Below, piece after piece: positions 61,601-64,000 of a stretch of DNA of 64,000 nucleotides. The notes under the pieces are model-generated. The model was not told the origin of the DNA. It did not search any database and was given only the letters and a program-made list of their open reading frames with translations. A program made the position numbers and the translations under genes. This stretch comes from Thermoanaerobaculia bacterium (GTDB lineage Bacteria > Acidobacteriota > Thermoanaerobaculia > Gp7-AA8). Where the stretch lies: the NCBI GenBank assembly GCA_038230535.1, contig JBBRNB010000015.1, positions 3,992-67,991 on the forward strand. Reading direction: 5' to 3'. How positions within the stretch are numbered: the stretch's first letter is position 1; each line of letters opens with the position of its first letter.

Positions 61601-64000
61601 CCGGATGCGCCCAGACCGTGTTGTGCAGCTCCAACACGACCGGCTCCGTCGACGCCGGCAACGCCTGCTCGACCGCGGCGCGCGCCATTTCCAGATATGC
61701 CACTCCCGGCAGCATTCTTTGACTCGGGTGGCCGTTGGCCGCCACCCGATGATCGGTGAAGAAGAACTCGTCTCCGCTAAACGTCGAGCGATAGCATTGC
61801 CCGCTCAGATCGGACGTGTTTCTGTGAAGCAAGGGATGAAGGAGCGCTGTGGCGACTCTCGTGGCGATCGGTCCGCCAGTCGCGTCAATCCAGTGCCGCT
61901 CTCTGGCAAACGGATACGCCGGCAATGCCAGTAGCCATTGCCCTCCGGCTCGAGCGTCTGACACCGATCCCGCGGTATTGCTCTCTCTCGGAAGAGTCAA
62001 CGTGTTCGCGTGCAATAACGGGTGAAGCCTCGAAGACGCATCAACAGTCGATGCACGCCGCTCTACCCAGTGACGCTCTTTGGCAAAAGGGTAGGCCGGC
62101 AGGCACAGCAGTCTCTGTTTCCTGGCTTCGGAGCCAGAGAACCCGTGCCGTTCCAGACTCGTAGTGTTGGTGTGCAACAAGGGATGGATAGCGGCGGTGA
62201 CCGCAAACCGGGCCGTGGTCGGTGCGTCGATCCAATAACGCTCTCTGGCGAAGGGGTATGTTGGCAGACTGACGCGCCGGGGGGTATCCCGGACATGGAG
62301 CCGTTTCCAATCCAGCTCCAGTCCCTTCACCCACAGGTCCGCCAATCTGGAGAGCCTTCCTCGGGTGATCCACTTGCCGGCGAGCTCCTTCAGATCCGCG
62401 TCGTCGCCGAGCCACGACAGCGCCTCCCGATTGCGCATGACCTGCCCGCGATACACGTTTGCGATCTGCTCATCGCCTCGGACATACGCCTCGAGCGTCT
62501 CCGTGAGCTCGCCAATCGACCCGGCGATGAAGACGGCGCGCTCCGCCATCGCCTCCCGCCCCACCTGCAGCGTATAGGCGATGTCCGCCAGTCTGCCGCC
62601 GGGCGTCCGCACAAAATCGAGCAGCTCGCGGGCCTTCTCCTGTAATTGCTCCTGCGTTCTGGCCGAGAGAGGGACAATGACGCGTGTAAACGATACTGTT
62701 CGTTCCGCTGCCGGTAATCGATACTCCTCGATTACTACGTGCGCATTCGTGCCGCTGCGCCCGAAGGCGCTGACCGCTCCCAGATGCGGTTTGTCCTCTT
62801 CCCGTTCCCACGCGCGTATGGTCTTGTTCAGATAGAACGGCGTGTCCTGCCAGATGGTGAGCTCGTTTTTTTCTTCTTCACAATGCAGGCTGGCCGGGAT
62901 CGCGTGGTGCTGCATCCCTTTGAGCAGACTCACCACACTGACCAGACCTGAAGCCGCCAGCGTATGACCCACGTTGCTCTTGCAACTCGTGATGGCGCAC
63001 CGTCCGGCTCGGACCTGGCCACCCAGATTCCTGAACGCCGTATTGAGCGCATCGATCTCGACCGGGTCGCCTAAGGGCGTACCCGTGCCATGGGTGACGA
63101 TGTGAGTGATGTCGCCGGCATCGATGCGATCACGGCTGTAAATGCTCTCGATCAGCTCGGCCTGCATCAGGCCGTTCGGCGCCGTTACACCGTTCGTCCG
63201 GCCGTCGAAGTTCATTCCGCTCGCCTTGACCACCCCATGAATCCGGTCGCCCGCCGCGACCGCAGCGGCCAGCGGCTCGAGCATCAACACCACGACCGCT
63301 TCTCCCACGCCGATCCCGTTGGCGTTTCTGGCAAAGCTGCGGCACTGACCGTCCGGAGAGAGCATGCCCGCATCGCTCATCGCCATGTAGCTCGACGGCG
63401 TCAGGCTCAGCGACACTCCCGCCACCAGCGCCGCGTCGCATTCCCCCAGCCGCAGGCTCGTTACCGCCTGGTGCAGCGCCACCAGGCCCGACGAGCAGGC
63501 CGTGTTCGTAGCGATGGCCGGCCCGCGCAGATCGAGAAAATACGACAGCCGTGACGAGATCATGGCGTTGCCGCTGGTGGTGATCCCCTGCCCCCCAGTG
63601 AGCAGTCCGTAGTGGCTTTCTTCCATTCCCACGAACACGCCCGTTCTCGTTCCTCGCAGTGACGACGGCGACACTCCCGCGTCTTCGATGGCCCGATACG
63701 CCTCCATCAGCAGCAGCCGCTCGCCCGGATCCATCTGCGCCGCTTCCCGCGGCGAGATCTCGAAGAACATCGGATCGAACTCCTCAACCCCCTCGATGAA
63801 TCCGCCCCGATTCGTGCTGATCCTGTTCTTGCTCTCGGGCCCGCTGTAGTACTTGCGCCAGTTCCAGCGCGTCGCCGGGATCTCCCCGATCGCGCTCCTC
63901 CCCTCCGCCAGAAGCGTCCACAGTTGATCCACCGTCCGCGCTCCCGGAAAACGCCCGGACATACCGATGATGGCGATCGCGGACACCGTCACGTCCGGTT
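40638..64000 (-). CDS. Giant trans-AT PKS-NRPS hybrid, 5' end beyond the window (>7784 aa)
   Basis: Approximate domains: KS1 62720-63990, DH 61000-61840, KR 59700-60400, ACP (GINS, Ser 59487); KS2 57900-59210, KR 56050-56740, ACP (GFES); KS3 54350-55560, ACP (GIDS 53658); KS4 52120-53430, DH, KR, ACP (GIDS 49269); KS5 47705-49020, ACP (GLTS 46947); C 45340-46660, A fragment 44620-45300, second A 42900-44560, KR 41560-42290, A-subdomain remnant 40950-41400, PCP (GGNS 40821). The frame is open to the edge (P-D-V-T-V-S-A-I-A-I-I-G). No AT domain. Confidence 0.95.
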   Translation of the reverse strand, partial: PDVTVSAIAIIGMSGRFPGARTVDQLWTLLAEGRSAIGEIPATRWNWRKYYSGPESKNRISTNRGGFIEGVEEFDPMFFEISPREAAQMDPGERLLLMEAYRAIEDAGVSPSSLRGTRTGVFVGMEESHYGLLTGGQGITTSGNAMISSRLSYFLDLRGPAIATNTACSSGLVALHQAVTSLRLGECDAALVAGVSLSLTPSSYMAMSDAGMLSPDGQCRSFARNANGIGVGEAVVVLMLEPLAAAVAAGDRIHGVVKASGMNFDGRTNGVTAPNGLMQAELIESIYSRDRIDAGDITHIVTHGTGTPLGDPVEIDALNTAFRNLGGQVRAGRCAITSCKSNVGHTLAASGLVSVVSLLKGMQHHAIPASLHCEEEKNELTIWQDTPFYLNKTIRAWEREEDKPHLGAVSAFGRSGTNAHVVIEEYRLPAAERTVSFTRVIVPLSARTQEQLQEKARELLDFVRTPGGRLADIAYTLQVGREAMAERAVFIAGSIGELTETLEAYVRGDEQIANVYRGQVMRNREALSWLGDDADLKELAGKWITRGRLSRLADLWVKGLELDWKRLHVRDTPRRVSLPTYPFARERYWIDAPTTARFAVTAAIHPLLHTNTTSLERHGFSGSEARKQRLLCLPAYPFAKERHWVERRASTVDASSRLHPLLHANTLTLPRESNTAGSVSDARAGGQWLLALPAYPFARERHWIDATGGPIATRVATALLHPLLHRNTSDLSGQCYRSTFSGDEFFFTDHRVAANGHPSQRMLPGVAYLEMARAAVEQALPASTEPVVLELHNTVWAHPVIVDEKVDGTREVSIALSAVDDDIDYEIYSQDRDQEIVVHCQGRAVLRGEPAVTRIDLEQLKAQMKLGQWTPDHIYAACARMGLVYGKSFQSITAIHRGNGALLAELTLPGAAADGSGDYVLHPSLMDGALQAAVGLIEGESEPTRPQVPFALESLRILSPCTPAMVAWVRYAPGSEAANDVVKLDIDLCDASGNVCVQMHGLSSRTLGDGISAIATQRHAIGSMLARPVWEGTSARAINFGYVDHHVILCELPQVSIDALESVVPPSRCLSLWSGSQETIAQRYSDYALACFERVRAILQGKPGGNVITQIVVADHPDHAVLVGLSGLLKTAAQENPRFIGQLILVPVHTTAGELASLLRSERLCAPDAIVRYELGARQVLGWQEVPADSEYPPMAFKDQGVYLITGGLGGLGTLFAKDIFEHAHQARVVLTGRAEPNTETQAVVDQLSGKSGRVSYRAVDLGDLEQVTQLIAAVKDEYEQLNGILHCAGMVSDNFILKKPVAQFSEVLAPKVTGTYNLDQASRDVELDFFVLFSSLAGVTGNLGQADYAVANGFMDQFAAHRNRQVAAGQRHGRTRSIDWPLWETGGMEVDPDRWELTEQTTGLVPMQTATGMKAFHRSLELPYDQTLVAEGDLARIRRALFAGPALPVEWQAERPAAVSGIAAGSLGGKTQEYLLRQLSGLLKLPPQRIDPRAALEEYGINSILAIKLTNQLEKTFGSLPKTLFFEYQTIHALAEYFTSHHSAQLAALLDPAGHRDREAVPSSVQALVPVPARQISSRRFSRPRDAAPGAATHADPIAIIGLSGRYPESIDIDAYWENLREGKDCIKEVPEERWNWRDYFSDDRGKSGHHYSKWGGFIAGVDEFDPLFFKISPSDAAVIDPQERLFLQHAWMAMEDAGYTRESLRVPYTDDLPGQVGVYAGVMFNEYQLFGAEAQARGKRVAVSGSTASIANRVSYVLDLHGPSVTLDTMCSSSLTAIHFACQDLKLGRTSLAIAGGVNVSIHPNKYLLLSAGQFISSDGHCQSFGNGGDGYIPGEGVGVVVLKRLSEARRDGDNIYGTILGSALNHGGKTNGYTVPNPRAQASAVRRALSESHIDARHISYLEAHGTGTTLGDPIEIAALSAAFQHDTHDTGFCLIGSAKSNIGHCEAAAGIAGLTKVLLQMKHQQIVPSLHSTQLNPHIDFPGSPFVVNQALRSWEPPVVDGRTLPRVAGISSFGAGGSNAHMIVEEYQSPSPRLMVPSDCAIVLSARTALQLRQKARDLLEFVQPRLSIIDLPAMAYTLQTGREAMEERLGFVVSSVEDLAGKLRAYVAGEEGIEHAYQGQVRQNSETLSLFNTDAALQQAIDSWVVDKKLSKLLDLWVKGLELDWTRSYGESKPRCISLPTYPFAKQRYWIDTAVSESPATTLAEASELLFEEYWLEEPLTGALPPESRRTILFANPEWQGDDAGLLNLAAVVNEAGHYHEPAAQVFQARFNHQADIQTVLHRVAAGSNTPLSIIYAWARGRGEAGIHALFELFKAIRETSHPVAHVTLVGQYDPLSVDSCWDYAWIGFERSLKLLLPETEISLLYTEACTARQLLDASHHSGVIWHDGSRRQVLSFRPQAPGQATEAVRSRQNGGYLITGGCGALGLTFARHLAEQCQARLLLIGRRPLSEDMRQQLEVLKQAGAREVHYEAVDVSDREAMRSLAQNLPFDLCGVIHAAGVESTTAFFERSAGDIRGVLRPKSTGTLLLDEMLGQQPLDFVCYFSSSSAVLGDFGGCDYAIANRFQMAYGQYRRQTERYKGKTVVINWPLWQDGGMGAGDAGQRELYLRSSGQEALPTAAGIRIWQHILQSGQPQTLVMVGNPGRIEHILERMYRTAPVLAGREDVNGPAPVSEDRGGSQRSSVQSQKERILTDIRKLVSRSSRIVPDELDDTSNLADYGFESIQLTEFARQLTAHFGVEITAVVFFSATTILQLGDYLLQKHAEHMRSFYHRAQDEPYAGEGAALGTTDRKPRVEPVLIHRESGKEAIAIIGMSGRFPGARTVDQLWTLLAEGRSAITEIPDSRWNWREYYSGSGDKKNRISTNLGGFIEGVDEFDPMFFEVSPREAEQMDPGERLLLMEAYRAIENAGISPSSLRGSRTSVFAGMEESQYELMTGRRGITTSGNAMISSRLSYFLDLRGLAMATNTACSSALVAGVSLSLSVASYMVMSEAGMLSPDGQCRSFARIANGIGVGEAVVVLMLKPLAAAVAAGDRIHGVVKASGVNFDGRTNGVTAPNGRSQAELIESIYNKERVDAGEIRHIVTHGTGTPLGDPVEIDALNTAFRNLGQQGRPGRCAITSCKSNLGHTMAASGLVSVVSLLKGMEHHAIPASLHCDEENEYITWQDTPFYVNKTTRAWEREENKPFLGAVSAFGRSGTNAHVVIEEYRSLAPERTVSSTRVIVPLSARTEEQLREKGRELLELLRTTEEPVSTLAEIAYTLQVGREAMAERAVFIAGSIGELVEKLEAFVRGDEQIAEMSRGQVKRNRESLPWLGEDVDLQEISGKWIARGQLSRVAELWVRGLEIDWNRLYGEDKPRRVSLPGYPFARERFWIDTQAESRIEAAADSFEIEQEPGARDAGSLHAGVLLKLKQMLARTLKLSPAAIDEHEALSAYGIDSLSINELNAELVTVFGEISRTLFFEYRTLSELTTYFIREHAKECSAWTGLASRPAEAKTLEERQMPHRIAVSSAVGRQEPIAIIGISGMYPRAATLEEYWENLQSGRNCIGEIPPDRWPLEGFYEPDEQEAIEQGKSYSKWGGFLDRFAEFDALFFGIAPRDALNMDPQERLFLQTAWQALESSGYTRRALRTKYRQKVGVFAGITRPGYSLYGTMAGIRDAKFFPTTSFSSVANRLSYFLDITGPSMPVDTMCSSSLTAIHEACEHIHRGECSLAFAGGVNLNLHPSSYIGLSAQHMLSTDGLCRSFGAGGNGFVPGEGVGVVLLKPLAAALADDDVIHGLIVATNVNHGGKTNGYTVPNPTAQAELIRHALDKAGIHARDVSYIEAHGTGTALGDPIEITGLLQAFQPDTMDTGFCKLGSAKSNIGHLDSAAGIAGLTKVLLQMKHRKIVPSLNATESNPNIDLRKTPFELNRSLTEWERPVVAGEARPRIAGISSFGAGGANAHVIVQEYEAPGEARTAHSPSPLLTSVIVPLSARTEEQLLRKAGDLLEFVRSEPAVTLSQIAYTLQVGREAMEERLGFVAGSIEQLTARLQAFLNGEQELDDTWRGTANRNEVTEAERQEGVETWIAQGKLSKLVELWVQGLDLDWDKLYDEDRPGRIALPGYPFARDRYWIDMVANAGPMGPRGSMSSRVTSDVLHPLLHSNTSTLERQSYGSTFSGGEFFLKDHRVSGQRVLPAVAYLEMIRAAMECAAPERPEAATLELHNTVWAQPIVASGRTQVSIALVPNAKGQADYEIHTGHGENEVVHCQGQASFSRKERPGRLDLERLRTKMQQTVDPDRVYEAFMRVGLEYGPAFRGITSIRTGEREVLAELRLPPAVDASWSDYGLHPSLLDSALQAAIGLIDDRDRPAGAFLPFALTSLRILAPCQKEMLAWVRHAPGSNPQEKVVKLDIDVCDAQGNVCVQLQELSTRLKAAQREDTLLAVPVWRSSVAVASPAATRFEGAERHIIVCDLPHIDTGRLESLVEHSRCVVLSSPELNLAERYSHHALACFERIRDLLEHKSTARVLVQIIAANEPEPALIAGLSGLLETAALENPRLAGQIILTDPQIDADRLAEQLDENRTAVPDTVIRYQDGTRQVREWQEIRSDGDRPLAGFKDRGVYLITGGLGGLGILFTREILRQCADGRVILAGRSALTAASQEIVRSLTGIAEYRQLDAGDPAQVSRLMTAIRKEHGRLDGILHCAGIISDSFILKKTADDFSRVLAPKVAGTFNLDQASRDMDLDFVVLFSSIAASQGNPGQADYAAANGFMDWFARYRNHLVATGERTGKTLAINWPLWQEGGMRVDETSLARLREATGIRPLPTAAGMRAFRQCLASEHEQILVVEGDVAKMRRTLPDRPLQPGPTPPREPIAAAANASTLNLLEDYLREQLSLELKLPVAQIDSQAPFERYGIDSILAMNLTNRLEKTFGSLPKTLFFEFQTVHELGRHFLETYPDTVASLFAAPGDGRMESAETPPESLRPSIGRFDALRNAPSRTTAAEPIAIIGLSGRYPEAAGIAAYWQNLREGKNCIVEVPEERWNWREYHSDDRGKSGDHSSKWGGFIPGVDEFDPRFFNIAPADAPFLDPQERLFLQHAWTAIEDAGYTRASLQIPHAFGLAGQVGVYAGVMYAEYQLFGAEASLQGRRMAFAGNPANIANRVSYVLNVHGPSMAVDTMCSSSLTAIHLACQDLKLGRTDLAIAGGVNVTIHPNKYLMLSAGQSISAGNECRSFGEGGDGYIPGEGVGAVVLKRLPEAERDGDHIYGVIRGSALNHGGRTNRYTVPNLIAQAGAISIALAEANVNARDVSYIEAHGTGTRLGDPIEIAALSKAFQRDTADTGFCLIGSAKSNIGHCESAAGIAGLTKVLLQMQYHQIAPSLHASPPSPYIEFDKTPFVVNQTLRAWDRPMIDGRAQPRIAGISSFGAGGSNAHLVVEEYDGPTGIDHPTAAAGRPPGVAIPLSARTPEQLKQKARDLAAFLHDENKDDLGSIAYTLQTGREAMEERLGILANTVDELAEKLEAWLVGGEIDGVYEARAGNGNVPALFDRDDLKQIVDRWIEDRKLTKLLDLWARGHEVDWRALYGDARPRRISLPLYPFARERYWIDMPARAEVAAAPEAGHSTMPAPIAESSPATSSQWRFSATAGEGSSRTLTAEEKMELFLKQELALKLQRPIAEIAPDQGFFESGLTSLDVTDLIEKTSRLLQENVSPAAAFEHTDIRQFAAYLAAAYRAEIDALTVTRHAQSQTQVPELAVSSVQEQPSAEAAQPLPAPSRIPPILPVNREEFDRLPLSFAQERLWFINQLEPDSAIYNIAGAVSIKGLLDIGQLERALNLVIARHDTLRTVFPSDAGEARQWILDHLDFRLERIDLGGHGEHRHHLTTAREICQAEAATPFDLAVGPLIRGKIIRLTPEEHVLMLNMHHIISDAWSMGVLTAELSQIMQGRSNDLPSLPIQYVDYTVWQRKWLEESGVLDRQLAYWQGKLAGMPESLDLDTDYPRPAVQRFEGAIETFHLDARLTREVKSLARSQNCSLYVILLAAFNGMLYRYSGQEDICIGSPIANRQYGGTAGLIGMFANTVVLRSRIDPGMPFTDYLVELNRSTREVQANQDAPFEKVVDRLGVKREANRNPLIQHAFVQQQNPDFGTFNGRAVERFDFDRQVSVFDQVVEVFDRGETIAGTWTYSSHLYRRSRIEAFIAAYERILTTVAREPHRPIGRLSVLTAAQQRQIRQRWTRRPAQFKDTVQTRLKRIFSRHEDEIALIAGGRQVTYAEAAEQCRRIAANLERLGLPAGGRVGVHLPDGIEKILIYLGLLMSGRSIVPVPVAEEPAHVARLIHHAGIRHMIGLQADPRLDVGLISAIDLLAEETPPQWPSYKGIISDEVLVETLWDVAGGLTEFIYTQADLLSWSSIDDARISQQGEVCQSMWWHLLQGKAFRLDAVLESRLNSRRERLYHLQDLGAVQEASYRTSMAGLPAQQSTAGNQDAPPAYADGGPLIIPENAPATITEALRRAAEAEDKGLTVVDENGVEGHLSYRRLLDLATRVTRGLQEKRLAVGTPVILQCVSLADHFTAFWGCVLGGYIPVTVAVPPVYARENAVAQKLAGVWKHLGEPRMICNRSNRAALTALGSDVLPGVQVLEVEALKENEPSGRLHEPSGGDIAYYQLTSGSTGVPKCIQITHRGLISHCESVRQFHGYSESDVCLNWMPVDHVAAILTVHLKSVCLQCHDIQVKTDYITTDPLNLLRLIERFRVTYIFSPNFGYKLISESLKAAHARARNDLSSVRHFVNGGEQVNRSVLQEFLEMTAPLGFDPRAMQPAFGMAEACTGITYNKDFDIDTGYMEMGGTEFISLGPVVPGLEIRIADRDNTLLREKQIGRFHIRGSAVITPGYYGDLDANAAAFVGDGWFNTGDLGFISQGRLYITGREKEMIIVRGVNVYCHEVETLVGDIATVASSRVGVFPVQKGESGAEGIGIAYVGDPRAETIREIRGRVSHRLGINPDVIIPLEEHEFPRTTSGKIQRSQLARQLVRGDYNRRLKQVDIEEANENTLPDWFYEGTWSKAAVNATEDALPPLNLIVVSEHDWTVPGPAAPHARHEAIRRDAITLELPRLLKQWDLLPREQLVLVDHVTAGTGDPASKLAVMQLLLQAEYSDLAVTWIGLYEGTGSCVINGDRAFLESFVQERPHSHTIVCEIGEGVSAQEALAGELRAGFVQSRNVRYRDGQRHVYRLQHVLFDAAGQRRAAGNNVAGLSLVLGGLGGIGRVATELLLRRENQYVLVTGRSEPEARQMAWRELVAVAEMAAGRVIYIEHDLINDDEDELCRQIRDVERDSGLILSTIVQATGSDVRESPIQANEPRDYTRSIRENDRITRVLEMLATGRPGIQVVEIGSVNGSFGGSQVSAYAYRKGYELGRYERFARLGIAYTNVQQTMWTGTGMSAGKKNLGLRRGYMSIGKVQGMQSLAMIINHGKPGVYYAGIDGRHKDMQSYLTMSSRRRLITSDGGIPGLEQRLALYLQGTSELPGPLTAEDLAGGRELTLNDEQGDVVDQHRRGRLSIRTNRSGEPLQTSLAGKYDGGWSIDLESGNEQYSGYQLVTREIAAVIRRHPAVRDCHVIHRWDENDSEQLLAFLVAEDHETALTAGTVQAYVRENLPLHLQPGRFVVVEEMPLTRSGLLDRLVLERMAGGPESIHLRVAPRDERENRLAAIWAQLLSLDPERIGVDDSFFELGGNSLLATQLVSRIRGQFEVELQVKDLFDFHTIAGIAAVMNAVDSRRRPAMDNGAGVELEEITL

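Larger units (their letters stand above)
27294..64000. other. Biosynthetic gene cluster region (trans-AT PKS-NRPS with candidate tailoring, resistance and accessory genes), incomplete
   Basis: Four translationally coupled minus-strand biosynthetic genes with overlapping stop/start at 40638-41, 35911-18 and 34479, flanked by NTase, GT1 and avidin genes. The left boundary is inferred. Confidence 0.8.

Noticed and set aside
63990-63992. GTG 63992 as the true start of the giant PKS
   Set aside because: The frame stays open to the edge and KS1 begins immediately with no N-terminal docking region, so the gene is probably truncated by the window.
30433-64000. Embedded AT, methyltransferase, beta-branching (HMGS/ECH), halogenase or thioesterase domains
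   Set aside because: No GHSxG AT/TE motif, SAM-binding motif or such genes were recognised in the translations; they may lie beyond the right edge.

Overview
The window has two parts. The left part (1-27.1 kb) is a GC-rich bacterial chromosome segment. It holds housekeeping and accessory genes: two MocR/GntR regulators, a 2138-aa IPTL-CTERM surface protein, a lipid A-type acyltransferase, kdsC, rsmI, an acyl-CoA dehydrogenase, meaB, pheT, a ZapB-like gene, pgsA, tRNA-Leu(CAG), an M1 peptidase and a hybrid histidine kinase. It is sprinkled with short palindromic or tandem repeats, some inserted in frame in meaB and pheT, and carries a RAYT transposase remnant. The gene content suggests an Acidobacteriota-like host, which is inference only. 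The right part (27.3-64 kb) is the 3' portion of a large AT-less (trans-AT) PKS-NRPS cluster on the minus strand, cut by the right edge. A >7784-aa protein reads KS-DH-KR-ACP / KS-KR-ACP / KS(19-aa deletion)-ACP / KS-DH-KR-ACP / KS-ACP / C-[split A enclosing an alpha-keto-acid-type A plus KR]-PCP. It is followed by a C-A(Pro code)-PCP-E-like NRPS with no thioesterase, a stand-alone PfaD-type enoyl reductase and a non-colinear DH-KR-ACP-KS protein. The cluster is flanked by a nucleotidyltransferase-fold gene, a GT1 glycosyltransferase and a secreted avidin-family gene. The best candidate for an undescribed system is this polyketide-hydroxy acid ester-proline assembly line with its avidin/GT/NTase neighbours. 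All domain calls are by-eye motif readings; no database search was run.
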